A DNA stretch of 38,909 bases from Parvularia atlantis (Eukaryota). Shown piece by piece: positions 13,101 to 26,849 of the stretch (its first letter is position 1; each line of letters begins with the position of its first letter). Where the stretch lies: NCBI GenBank assembly GCA_943704415.1, contig CALSCO010000418.1, positions 1 to 38,909 of the forward strand, given 5' to 3'. A program made the translations under genes and the position numbers. Under the pieces are notes generated by a model. The model searched no databases. It was given only the letters and a program-made list of their open reading frames with translations, and was not told where the DNA came from.

Positions 13101-16100
13101 CACGTGCGCGCGCTTACCTGCGCCCGGGCCGCGCACTGACGATTCCGCGCGCCAGCTCAACCTCACACGGCCGAGCGGGCCCAAGCGCCGCAAGCCGATG
13201 CAGCAGGTGCACTACCGCGACGCCGTGGCCGCTTCGGATGCGCACGCGCCCGAGCAGACCGAGGAGGCGGGCGATGCCGACGGCGCCAAGGTGCCGCCAT
13301 CGTCATCTGCGCGCGCAATCGCGGCTGATGTGCTCGTGCGCCAGCCGCAGGCGCGCAAGGCCGACGGGGGTGCGATCCAGGTCAAGTACGGCAAGCCGCA
13401 GGCGGGCGGCGACCTCACGCAGGAGTTCCTCAGCCGCGTGCGCGTGCGCGAAGAGTCGGGCGCGGTGCGTTTGGTAAGCAGCGGACGGAGAGAGCGCTGA
13501 TCCGCGAGCACGCAGACGGCCGCGCGGCTGACCAAGAGCGGCGACATTGTCACGGACGCGCCCGCACATACGACGCGGCTGTACATCATCAAGGGCCGGC
13601 GCGCGATCCGGCCGCGCCTGGTGAGCGCACGCGCGTGTGCCGTGCCGTACGCGCTCTGACGGCACGGGGGCAGGTCGAGTGCACGCACAAGTCGCTCAAC
13701 GACGGCGACGCGTTTGTGCTCGACGCGCCCAAGACCGGTGCGCACTCGTGCTCGCACAACGGCACGCGCGACTGATGGGGCGTGTCGGCTGCAGTTTTCG
13801 TGTGGTACGGGCGCAACGCCAACAAGATCGAGCGCGGCGCGGCGGCCAAGTTCGGCACCGACTACAAGAACGAGACGCGCAAGGGCCTCGTGAACGTGGT
13901 CTACGTCGGTGCGCATAGCTGACGCGCTTGCGGAATCGGCAGCAGCGCGCCCACTGGCAGCCGCAGAGCCGCACGCGCTCCCGTCCGTGCACAAGGCGTT
14001 CTGGGAGGCGCTCGGCGGCGAGGGCGAGATCGCGTCGGAGGAGCAGGGCGGCAACGACATTGTCGTGGAGAACGCAGTCAGGGCGTCGCTCGTGCTCAAC
14101 AAGTACGCGCTGCGCTCGCACAAGCCGCTCGGCCTGACACCATCGCGCCCAGGTTTGCCGCGGGCGAGAGCGGCGCCATGCAAATGACGCGCGCCAACGT
14201 GGGCGGCGAAGAGCTGGGGCGTGGCATGATCGAGTACGGCTCAGCGTCGGTCATGGTGCTCGACGCGGTCACCGAGGTGTACGTCTGGGAGGGCAAGGGC
14301 ACAACCAAGGCGTGCCGTGACGCGGCCAAGGAGCACATCACGGTGCGCCGGGTGGTGGTGCCGCACTCGTGCGTGCCTGACCCGTCCGCGACCAGGCGCT
14401 CCGCAAGCAGCGCCCGGCGTGGACGCTGTTTGAGACGATGCGCGAGGGCCAGGAAGCGCTCACATTCCGGCTCAAGTTTGCCGACTGGCCCGAGCCCGGC
14501 AAAGAGGCCGAGCTGCGGCGGCGCTCGCAGGGTGCTGGCAATGCCCGCAACCGCAAGTCGCTCAAGAGCTTCGACATCGGTACCATGTTCGCCGCGGCCG
14601 CGGCCACCGACACGGCCGAGAAGAAGAAGAAGGCGCGGGCGGAGCGCACTGTGGGACGTCGCGCGGGTTCTGACTGTTGCCGCGCACCGCAGGCCGACGC
14701 GGGCTGGTTCGACACACACGAGCAGGTCACGGTCGACAAGTACGACGACGGCAAGGGCCAGCTGGAGGTGCGTGGCCCGTACGCGCCCGCTGCGTGAGCT
14801 GCTGATACGCCGCGCCGCAGATCTGGATCGTCAGCGACAAGTCCAAGCTCGTACCCGTGCCCGCAGGCGCCGGTGGCCAGTTCCACACGGCCGAGACGTA
14901 CGTGCTCTCGTACGTGTGGACGTACAAGGAGAAGAAGCGCTGCCAGTTGTACTGCTGGCAGGGGCACTCGTGCAACGGCGTGCGTGCGGCGCGCCTGATC
15001 TGCGCGTGTCGCGTGCTCACTGCGATTCGCGTGTGCTGCAGAACAAGAAGGGCAGCGGCATGCTGCTGATGCAGGAGATGCTCGAGACGCAGCGCCGGTC
15101 AAAGGAGTTTTACGAGGACCCGGTCTCGGTGTGTGCGCGCCTCGCCGGGTGCGGCGGTGGGCTGACGCTGTGTGCAGCGGCGCGTGCTGCAGTTTAAGGA
15201 GAATGAGCACTTCCGCAAGCTGTTTGCAGGCCGCATGGTGTACCTGCAGGTGCGGCCGTGCACACCGAGCGCGACGCGCGCCGACTGAGCGGCGAGGCAG
15301 GGGCCGGCGGGCGAGGCCACGGAGAACCACGCCGTGCAGCTGTTCCACCTCAAGCCACGCAGCGGCGCGCCCGCGCACGACGTTGTGGCGGTCCAGGTCG
15401 AGCTGGTACGCCGTGCCCGTACGTGCCATGCGCACGCGCTGACGAGCGGGTGGCGTGCGCAGTCGGCGGCGGGCCTCAACTCGCGCGACGTGTTTGTGCT
15501 GCACACGGCCGCGATGCAGTACGTCTGGTTCGGCAAGGGTGCGCGTGACGACGAGCGCAAGCGGGCACTGGCCGTCGCCGAGGCCATCAAGGTGCGCAGG
15601 CGCCGTAGCATACCGCTACCACCGCCAAAGCGTACGCGCGCAGGCAGGCCGCAAGCAGGAGGTGATGGACGAGGGCAAGGAGAAGAGCGCGTTCTGGGCG
15701 ACGCTCGGCGGGCAGGAGCACTACGCGAGCGCCGACTACCTGCGCGACGGCAACTGGACGCCGAAGCTGTTTGAGTGCACGCTCGCAACGGGCGAGTACA
15801 CGGTGCGGCACAAGAGCGGCGCCGGCCGCGTGGCTAAAGGGCGCAGGCCGAGCGCATTGCGCCGTTCACGCAGGACGACCTCTCGGTCGAGTACGTCTAC
15901 ATCCTCGACGTGTTTCACGAGATCTACGTGCGCTCCTTCCGCGCTGCTCGGCGGTGGTACTCACGGGACGCGCAGGTCTGGGTGGGCTCGTCGGCCGACA
16001 AGGAGCTGGTCAACATGACCATGCGCATCGCCGTCGACTACCAGCGCATGGCGTCTGACGGGCGCCCGAACGACGAGTCGTCCGTGCTGTTTGTGCAGCC

Positions 16101-16565
16101 CGTGCGTGGCCCGCGCCGCTCGACCGCGTCCGTGGACCGCCTCATGGTGCGCCGTCGCAGGGCGCCGAGCCGCTCATGTTCACGTGCCACTTCCTCGGCT
16201 GGATCGGCCTCGCGCGGCTACGCAACCGGCAGCAGCAGCGGCGGGCCGTGCGCGAGCTGCTTGAGTGCGTGCACCCGAGTGCCACACCGTGCGGCTGACG
16301 GCAGCGCGCGGCACAGGCTGCAGGAGAGCAAGTTTCCGTACAAGGAGCTGATCAAGCGCCCGCCGCCGCCCGGGCTGGACGTGTCGCGGCTCGAGGTGCG
16401 GCGTGCACGCCCGCTGCCCGTGCCGCTGACGCGCGCGGGCCGTCGCGCCAGACGTATCTGGACGACAAGGAGTTTGCTGAGGTGTTCCTGATGCCGCCGG
16501 CGCAGTTTGCCAAGCTGCCCGAGTGGATCCGCACCAACAAGAAGGTCGAGGTCGGCCTCTATTAA
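7198..16565 (+). CDS. Giant actin regulator: CARMIL-like N-terminus (PH-like, LRRs, helical domain), PLC-type PH, acidic/Pro-rich linker, CPI motif, five supervillin-type gelsolin repeats and a villin headpiece; about 53 introns, roughly 2,100-2,200 aa
   Basis: One frame traced by hand through all GT/GC-AG introns from ATG 7198 to TAA 16563-16565 with no exonic stop. CARMIL: VCGGVMEAYSAAC...LAALLHAVKFN|AYFTEL, RI-type LRRs, SIPVHDI. PH: CFSILTPTFTLDLEAPTSKQRAKWVFALQLL. CPI: LTH|LNLTRPSGPKRRKP. Gelsolin: RLYIIKGRRAIRPRL|VECTHKSLNDGDAFVLD, GLNSRDVFVL, FTQDDL. Headpiece: LDVSRLE|TYLDDKEFAEVFLM...LPEW...GLY*. Confidence 0.82.
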
Positions 16566-16607
16566 GGATTTTGTTGGTTGTTCAGCATGCACGTACGGTA
16601 GAGTTGC

Positions 16608-17284
16608 TCACAGCAAGCCCTCCATCTCCTTCATGAACGCGTCGTACGTGTCGTCTTTCGCGTTTGACTTGGCGGGCGGCCCGGCGGGCTTCGCGGGCAC
16701 GCTGGCCGCCGCGGGGGCAGGCGCTGGTGCGGGCGCGGGCGCCGGTGCCTGTACGGGCGCAGGTGCTGGCACAGGCTGCGGTCGCTTGACGGGCGGCGCG
16801 GCTGTGGCAGCGTCGCCCTTGCGCTTGAGCAGCGACGAAGGCACGAGCGACGTCACGCGCATCGATGGCTTGATGGCGGCCTGCAAGAGCGACGCGCGGC
16901 GTCAGCGAGTGTAGTGCGCGCGACGCTCCCGCTGCGCACCGCGCTCTCCAGCGAGATGCCCGTCATGCTGCGCACGTCCACCTTGGGCATCTGCTTCCCG
17001 CACGCATCAGCAGCGGCGGTGCTAGCGGTGGACGGCGCGCACCGACTCCTCGCCGGGCGCGTCGGGGCCTGCATTGGTCGGCGGTGCGGCGGCTGGTAGC
17101 GATGGTGGCGGCGGCGGTGGCGGCATCGACATGGGCATCGGCAGCGGCGGGGGCGGCGGCATCATCCCTGCGGCGTGGCAGCGTGAGGAGGTGTGAGTCG
17201 CTCGCGACACTAGCGGTCGCACCCGGCACGTAGGTCAGCGGCATCATGCCCGGCGGCGCCCCGCCCATGTACGACAGCAACCCG

Positions 17285-17320
<36 letters not shown>

Positions 17321-18171
17321 AGCGGGTGCCCGTACGCGTACCCCATCTGCGCCTGGAAGCCCGGAACGAGCATTGGCAGCAGGCCCTGATGACCGGGCGG
17401 CACCATCGGCGGCGGCGGCGGCGGCACCAGGCCGTTCGGCAACGGTGGGGGCGGCGGCGCGCGTGACCCGGCCGCGGCCGGCAGCGGTGCCCTGTCCTTC
17501 TCTGCGGTCGTCTGCCGTCAGAAGCAGCGACAACGAGCACGGCCGCGCACCCTCGCCGCTCTCCTCGTCCGACTCGCCGTCGCCCGGCAGGTCCGGCAGG
17601 TCCGGCAGCTCCTCGTCGTCGTCGGGCAGGTCCGGCAGCTCCTCGTCTGGCGTTGTCGAGCGTGAGCGGCCTCGTTGGTAGCAGGCAGAAGAGCAGACCC
17701 TGGCCGAGCCGGAAGTCCTTGGCGGCCTGCCCCGACAGCCCGAGCCGGTGAGCCTCGGCCACGCGCTCGGCCTCGCGCTCGGCCTCACGGCGCGCCTTGA
17801 GCGCCTCAAAATCGACCTCCTCGCCGTGCTGGCGCTTGTGCTGCGCCGGCGCTCGCGATCAGGCGCACGTTGCGCTGCAGCTGTCGCTTGCACATACCGC
17901 GACGACCGAGCGCAGCTGGTCCTCGAGCACCTTGCGCTTGGTGCGGCCGTTGGCGTCGAGGCCGCCGACCATCTCTGCCGCCCGCGGGCGCGATCAGCCG
18001 CGCGCCGTCCGCGACGTGGCGCCGCGATCAGGCACCGAGCTGGTTGTAGTGGTCGATCTGCTCCTTCAGCTTGAGCGGGTCCTTGCGCTTGGCGGCGGCC
18101 TCGCGGCCCTGCGCGCGTGCCTGGCGGTTCTGCCTCGCGCATCGCACGTGAGCGCCCCGCGCGATCGCGGC

Positions 18172-18203
<32 letters not shown>

Positions 18204-18353
18204 CGCCTTCTCCTTCTCGCGCTCGCGCATCATCTTGCCTATCGTCGCGCGATCGCGCATCGGCGTCAGCGCACGATTCCGCGTCATGCGTGGCCAGCGT
18301 CGGCACGCACGGAACTTGTCCGTCGGGTTGCGCGTGCTGCTGGCCTTCCCCAT
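16608..18353 (-). CDS. WBP11: WW domain-binding protein 11 (splicing factor), about 9 introns
   Basis: N-terminus NPTDKFRKMMREREKEKNRQARAQGREAAAKRKDP; poly-Pro middle region; TSLVPSSLLKRK; C-terminus KDDTYDAFMKEMEGLL*, matching the recalled WBP11 end. Confidence 0.88.
17285..17320. repeat. (GGC)12 trinucleotide repeat encoding poly-Pro in WBP11
   Basis: Directly visible in the sequence. Confidence 0.9.
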
Positions 18354-18511
18354 CCGCCTCGCTCGCTCACTCGCTCGCTCGCTGCTCGCGCGAGAGAGCG
18401 GTCACCCACTCCATCGCCATGCTGCGCGTCGCGCGGTCGCACCTAGGCCAAAAATCGCATCAGCGGGACCCGCACCTGTACGGGCATTGTGCGCTAGTTG
18501 ATGCTTTATAG

Positions 18512-19517
18512 ATGCGTACAGGCATGCTTCCACTGACTCGGCGCTGCTTCTCGTGCGTCTCTCCGTGCGGCTGCGCGGTGGGCTGAGCGCGCGTCGCCGC
18601 CGCAGCACGGTCGACGCGGCCGAGATCAGGCAGTTCAGCGCCAACAGCGCAAAGTGGTGGGACCGCGCCGGCGAGTTTGCGCTGCTGCACCGGATGAACC
18701 CGCTGCGCATGCGCTTCATTGCCGACGCCCGGCGCGACACGGCCGCCTCCGTCGAGACCACCAACTTCGACAGCGATGCGCGCCCGCTGCACGGATGCGC
18801 GCTGCTCGACGTCGGCTGCGGCGGCGGGCTTGTCGCCGAGGTGCGCGGCCGATCAGCGCGTGACGATCAGCGCGCGTAACGAGCAGAGCGCAGGCTGCGG
18901 CCAGGCTCGGCGCGAGCGTGACGGGCGTGGACGCGTCGGCCAGCAACGTCGCCGTGGCAGAGCAGCACGCGGCGCTCGATCCGTCGCTCGCCGGGCGCAT
19001 CGAGTACCGGGCGTGCGCCGCGGAAGACCTGGCGGCCGAGGGCAGGCGCTTCGACGTCGTCACGGCGCTCGAGGTGATCGAGCACGTGGCCGACGCGCCG
19101 CAGTTTGTGGCGACGCTCGCCAAGCTCGTGCGCGTGCGTCTGGGTGTGGCGCGGCCGTTCGTGCGGCTGAAAATCGCTGCAGCCGGGCGGCCTGGTCGTC
19201 GTGTCGACGATCAACCGCACGCCGCTCGCGTACGCGCTGACGATCGGCGCCGCCGAGCACCTGCTGCGCTGGGTCACGCCCGGGACCCACACGTACGCCA
19301 AATACGTGCGGCCGGACGAGCTGGACGCGTTGTTCAGCCGCAACGGACTGGTGCGCTCGCCATGTGCAGCCCGTTGTGTGCGCTGACAGCGCGTGCACGC
19401 GTGCAGCGGACCGTGCGCCGCAGCGGGCTCGCGTACGACCCGCTCAGGGGGCGGTGGAGCACGACACCGTCGCTGGCCGTGAACTTCATCTTGGCAGCTA
19501 CACGCGCGCAGGATTAG
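18512..19517 (+). CDS. COQ3: Ubiquinone biosynthesis O-methyltransferase COQ3/UbiG, 4 introns (start at 18512 or 18524)
   Basis: MLPLTRRCFS|TVDAAEIRQF...WWDRAGEFALLHRMNPLRMRFI; LLDVGCGGGLVAE; FDVVTALEVIEHV; STINRT; PGTHTYAKYVRPDEL; GLAYDPLRGRW. The N-terminus resembles a mitochondrial presequence. Confidence 0.92.
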
Positions 19518-21959
19518 TAGTTGCGTCTCAGCCCCGACAGCTCGCTTTCGAGCGACCGGAAGAAGCTGCCGCTGTCCGGGTCGTTGTTGAGCGTCGTGGC
19601 CACGCTCGCGTCGCCCCACATGACGAAGGCGCCGTTGACGCCGTCCATGCCGCCGCCCGACTGCGCGCGCCGCCGCGTGAGTGTTGCCCACACCGCGCAG
19701 GTGCGACGCTGCGTACGTTTGGCTCGATCGCGAGCGAAGGGCCGAGCATCTCGTCTGCGTGACGGACGCAGTGAGCGAAGAACGGCAACGTGTGGGCTGC
19801 GTACCGGCCTTGGGCGACGCGATCCACGCGAACGCGTCCTCGGGCGCTTTGGCCGGTGCGTCACTCGCAGCGAAGGTCGGCTCGGCCGCGGCGACGGCCG
19901 CGTCGAGGTTGAGCATGTTGCGCCACGACGCGGATGACGGCGCCGAGAACTGCCGCATGCCGCTGGGCGAGAAGAGGTCGGCCACGCCGGCGGCCGCAAA
20001 GTCCATGGCCGAGGCGCTGTCGATCGTCACGGTCGTCTCGAGGGGTTGGCCCACAGCGGGCACGGTGGCTGCTGCTGCTGCGGCGGCGGCGGCAGCGGCT
20101 GCTGCTGCTTCGGCAGCGGCGGCGGCGGCGGCGGCGGCTCTCCGCTGCTCGTCAACGAGGCGCCGTGCCGCATCCTGCTCGGCCTCGGCCGTGCGCTTGA
20201 GCTCCTGCTGGCGCTGCTCGTCCGCCTGCTCCAGTTGGCGCCGCTGCTCGGCCAGCTGCATCCAGCGGATGCGGTCAAAGTCGACCTCCTTCGTCACGAG
20301 CGCGCGCAGCGCAATCTCGTTCACGGCGTCGTTCTCGAAGCGCGGGTCGAACGGCGGACATGTCGGCTTTCGGCGCGCGCGTGTGAGCGCCGCAAGCACC
20401 GCACATGCGAGCGCACCTCTTCGGCCGGGTTGTGGTACCGCGCGAGGAACGGGTGCGCGAGCGCGTCGACGGCGGTGACGCGCTCCTCGGGCATCCACGC
20501 CAGCATGCGCTCTGCGTACCGTCAGTCTGGCTACCGCGGCCGGAAAACGCGAGGCGCGCGCACCGAGCAGGTCCAGCGCAACGTCGGATGCGTGCGGGAA
20601 CACCGAGCGCAGCGGCGCCTTGCGCACGAGCGGCAGTGAGCGCAGAAAGTTCTTTGTCTGCACGGCGCCATACTCAGCCACGAGCGGCGACAGCACGCGC
20701 GCTCCGGCGACGCACCGACTCGGACACGATGCGCTCAAAGTACTGCAGCGGCGGCGTGCCGCGCATGGCCAGGATGAGCTTGAGCTGGTGCACGTCTGTG
20801 CCGGTGCAGCGTGAGCCCAGTCATGCGCGCGTTTGCGCCCGCACAATCATTGCCGCGGAAGAGCGGCTTGCGCCAGAGCATCTCACCAAAGATGCAGCCG
20901 ACCGACCACATGTCGACTGCGCGCGGCGTGCGTGAGCGTGCTGCTTAGGGGAGCGAAGCGCACGCCTACCGGCTTTGGTGTACGCGTCCAGCGCGATCAT
21001 GATCTCGGGCGCGCGGTACCAGCGCGTGGCGACGTACTCGGACATGAACGGCGCCGCGGCTGAGTGCGGGCGAGCGTGAGCCCCGTGCGCGCCTGCCGCT
21101 GTCGCCACCTTGTGAAAACTCGTTTTCACCGATGCCGCGCGCCAGACCAAAGTCGCAGATCTGCGCACGCACGCACGCACGCGCGCACGTTTGTCACGTC
21201 GCCGTCCGGACAGCGGGCGCCCGGTGCGCGCCTTGAGGTCGCAGTTCTCGTTGATCAGGAGGTTGCTTGGCTTGAGGTCGCGGTGCATGATCCCAGCCGA
21301 GTGGACGAACTTGAGCCCGCGGAGAATCTGAGGGCCGTGCGCCGTGTGAGCCGCCGCGCGCGTGCTGCACAGCACGGCCCGCGACCTGGTACAGAAAGTA
21401 CTGGAAGTGCTCCTCAGTCAGCTCCTGCTTCGAGTGGATGATCTTGCTCAAGTCGCTCGGCATGAACTCCTGCACAATGTACCTGCGCACTGCGCTTGAG
21501 CGGCACCGGCGCGCGCACAGGCAGGGCGCACGCACACTTCCTGGTACAGCGGGTGGTTGGGCCGCAGCACCTCGTGCAGGAAGACGATCTGCGCGCCGAT
21601 GTTGTTGTTGATACGTCGTGCCATCCGTCGCCGCGAACGCACGTTCTCGTGCCCGCGCAGGTGCCGCAGCACCTTGATCTCGCGCAGCACGCGCCGCCCG
21701 ACGATCGGCATCGCGAAGACCGAGATGAGCCGCTTGAGCGCGAACGTCTGCCCCGTCGAGCGCTTGCGGACGGCGCTGCGCCCGCGATCGCCGTCAACAT
21801 CACACGAGACGCGCCCGCCCGCCGCCGCCGCCACATCGCCACGCACTAGACGACGCCGTAGCCGCCCTTGCCGACCTGGCGCAGGATCTGGTAGTCGCCG
21901 AACGCGCCCTCGAACGCCTCGGGCGAGAACTCGGCCGCGAGCCCGCCGGGTGCAGCCAT
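19514..21959 (-). CDS. MAP kinase, Slt2/Pmk1 (ERK5-related) type with a long C-terminal tail, 13 introns
   Basis: [89 protein letters not shown]-rich tail ending [16 protein letters not shown]. Confidence 0.92.
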
Positions 21960-22020
21960 CTGCGTACGTCGCGGTAGGCAATTGACCATCAAGTTCACTG
22001 CGTCGGACCTGTACGTACCT
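21960..22020. promoter_or_regulatory. Putative bidirectional promoter (MAPK / PEX16)
   Basis: 61-bp spacer with GTACGT-like words next to both ATGs. Confidence 0.45.
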
Positions 22021-23456
22021 ATGGAGGTGCTGCAGCAGCTGCGTGTCGCGTACGAGGCGTGGGTCGTGCGCAACGTGGCGACGGCGGGGACGCTCGAGAG
22101 CGCGACGCGGTCGCTGAGCTACGTGATGCCGAGTGCGTTTTTGCGCTGCGCCTTGTGTGCGTCGTTGCCCGCTCACGCACCGTCACGCACGCACCCAGGC
22201 TCTGTGCCCGACGCCGAGCTCGCGTCCGAGCTGGGTGTGTGCCAGCGCCGTGGGCGGCGCGCGGGCAACTGACGGCGCGTGGGCAGTGTACGCGCTCAGC
22301 CGGCTCGTCACCGTCTACAACGACGCGCTCATCGCCCGCGCGCACGTCGTCGGCCCGCACGCGTACAAGACGCTGCCCGACCGCTACGTCGCGGCGCAGC
22401 TGGGGCGCAGCGAGACGTTCCGCCGCGCGGCCTACACGCTCACCGTCGTGCAGGTGCGGGCGCGCGTCGGGATGCGCACGTGTGGCTGACGATGGGCGCG
22501 CACAAGGGCGCCGAGCTGCTCGTCGAGATGGTCGCGGTGCGGCTCGTCGGGCAGCAGCACAAGTGGCGCGTCGTGCTGCTGCTGGAGACGGTCAAGTGCG
22601 TGGCGCACATCGCGGCCGTGCGTGAGCTTACGTGCACGCGAGCAGGATGGTGTGCCGCCTGCTGCTGCTGCACGCTACGCGCCGCCGCATGAACCTGCAG
22701 AGCATGCTGCCCGAGGGCACGCGCAACGCCGTCCCGTCGGGTGCCACCGTCCCGCCCGCCGCTGCGCCCGTTTGGGCCGGCAAGCGCTCCGGGCGCAGTT
22801 TCCCGACGCTCGCGGCCATCCGCGCGTCGCCGTTCACGCGCCCCGGGAGCGTGCCCGGCGCGGCCAACACGGGCGTGCTCGACGAGCCCGACCCGACCAA
22901 CCAGGCCCAGGAGCACCTGTACCAGCAGTCGGGCGTGTTTGGCGCGAGCCCGGGCAACGTGCTCTTGCGCCTGGACCAGCTGCGGCTGCTGAGCGAGATC
23001 CTCTTTGCCGTGCGCCCGGTCGCCTACGGTGCGCGTGCGCTCGCTCCTCATCGACGCGGCTGACACGCGCACAGTGATCGCGATCGCCAAGTACGGCGCA
23101 GCGTCGTGGAAGCCGTGGCTGCTGTCGCTGGCCGTCGAGGCGCTCAGCCGCGGCCTCGCGATGTACAGCCCGCAGCACGTGCACCTGACCGCAGCCGAGC
23201 GCGAAGAGTACGGCAAGCGCAACATGCTCTTCCTCTACTACTTGCTGCGCCAGCCGCTGTTTGGCACGCTGACCAAGTGCGCCTTGCGCCTGTGCACCGC
23301 CTGCACGCCTGCTTACGCCTCCGTGCGTACAGGACCGTCATCTTCGACCTGGCCGACGCGCTCGAGAAGCTCCCGCTCGGCTCGTTTGTCGCCGGCGGCC
23401 TGCGCGAGTACACGGCCTACTGGGAGAACTACTACTTCTACTCGAACGCGTCGTGA
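22021..23456 (+). CDS. PEX16: Peroxisomal membrane biogenesis protein PEX16, 6 introns
   Basis: YEAWVVRN...LESATRSLSYVMP, ELASELVYALS, ELLVEM...KWRVVLLLETVK, GKRSGRSFPTL, EILFAVRP, SWKPWLLSL, LYYLLRQPLF, YYFYS. Confidence 0.9.
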
Positions 23457-23591
23457 GCGGCCCTGTGACGAATGGGGGAGGGAGAAAAACCAACAAGAAG
23501 CGACACGTGTGGCGCGGTCAACGCGGGCGCGGACGGGGTGGGATAACGAGCGACAGGCGACATGCGCGAGGACAGTGGCGGTTGCGGGCGG

Positions 23592-25841
<2,250 letters not shown>

Positions 25842-25921
25842 GTGTGCGAAACATGAGCTGCGGGCGCACTCGGCGCCGCCGTTCACCGTGCACCCGGAGC
25901 CGTGTCGCACCCACAGCCATC

Positions 25922-26849
25922 ATGGACGGGTGGCATCGCTTTTGTGCTGCGATACCTAGCGCGACGTACTGATCACATCCTGGCACACAGCTGGCGACGC
26001 GACGCTCGTCTGGCGCCGTCGCGCGCGCCGCCGTCGCCCACAAGCCGCAGCAGCAGCCGCCGCAGCCGCCGGCGTACGCCCAGCTCTCCCTCAACCGCCC
26101 CGGCCAGCCCGTGCGCCCCGTCCACCCGCAGGCGGCGGCGCTGCTCGGCCTTGTCAAGCGCATCGACCGCACCGCCAAGGCGCTGCGCCCGGCCGCGCGC
26201 AGCGGGTGGGTGCCGCCGCCCCCGGTCTCTGGTGCGTGTGCCGTGCGCGGCTGCCGGTGTGCTCAACGACGCCACAGACACGATGAGCACCGCCGCCGCC
26301 AAGGAGGCCATCGCCGCCGCGGCACGGCAACACACGGCCGCGGGCAGCGCACCGCACCACCCGCCGGCCCAGGGCCACGCGCACGGCGGGGTGCGCCCTG
26401 CCGCACGTGCGCGCCACCACGCCGCCTGACGCGCCTACGTCAGGCGCGCGCGAGCTCGCCCGACTTTGCCGACGCGGGCGTGTACCGCTGGGACGAGTGG
26501 AACACGCGCAAGGGTGTGTGGCGCAGCACGGCACGGTCCGCAGCTCATGCCTGCGCATGCGCGTGCGTCCGCGCCCAGATCTCTCGCACTGGGACAAGCA
26601 GCGCCTCGAGTGGCTGCGCAAGCGCGTCAGCCGGCCACCCGCGCCGCCGGCCGACCACGACGCGATTTATGTCGCGCTGACTGTGCGCGCCCCGCCCTCT
26701 GTCGCGCACGGCGCTCACGCGCGACGGCCCGTGCGGCGCAGGAGTTTAACGGCGAGCTGCGGCGCCCCGTGCCGCTGACCGACTTTCTCAAGGTTCTGGT
26801 CGACGTCTGGTACGACGACGGCATTTTCAACCCGCCTGGGCCGATGTGA
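25922..26849 (+). CDS. DUF4050 (Gag1-like clamp) domain protein; 5' exon structure uncertain
   Basis: Spliced C-terminus LSHWDKQRLEWL...DAIYVALT|EFNGELRRPVPLTDFLKVLVDVWYDDG fits the recalled DUF4050 pattern (W..R..W...IY..L...P+.L..++.+LV..W..DG). ATG 25922 could not be joined unambiguously. Confidence 0.6.

Noticed and set aside
7198..16565. Calling this Flightless-I, or two separate genes
   Set aside because: The LRRs are CARMIL/RI-type with the CARMIL linker and a CPI motif, and a headpiece is present, which Flightless-I lacks. No stop or intergenic gap was found between the halves.
18419..18511. Upstream ATG (MLRVARSH...) as the COQ3 start
   Set aside because: No convincing in-frame splice to the conserved region. 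The ATGs at 18512 and 18524 join cleanly.
21846..21848. Apparent in-frame TAG after GYGVV in the MAPK, suggesting stop-codon reassignment or a pseudogene
   Set aside because: The G begins an intron (TA|GTGCGT...GCAG|C), giving TAC (Tyr). Other apparent stops and frameshifts also resolve by splicing, and TAA, TAG and TGA are all used as true stops.
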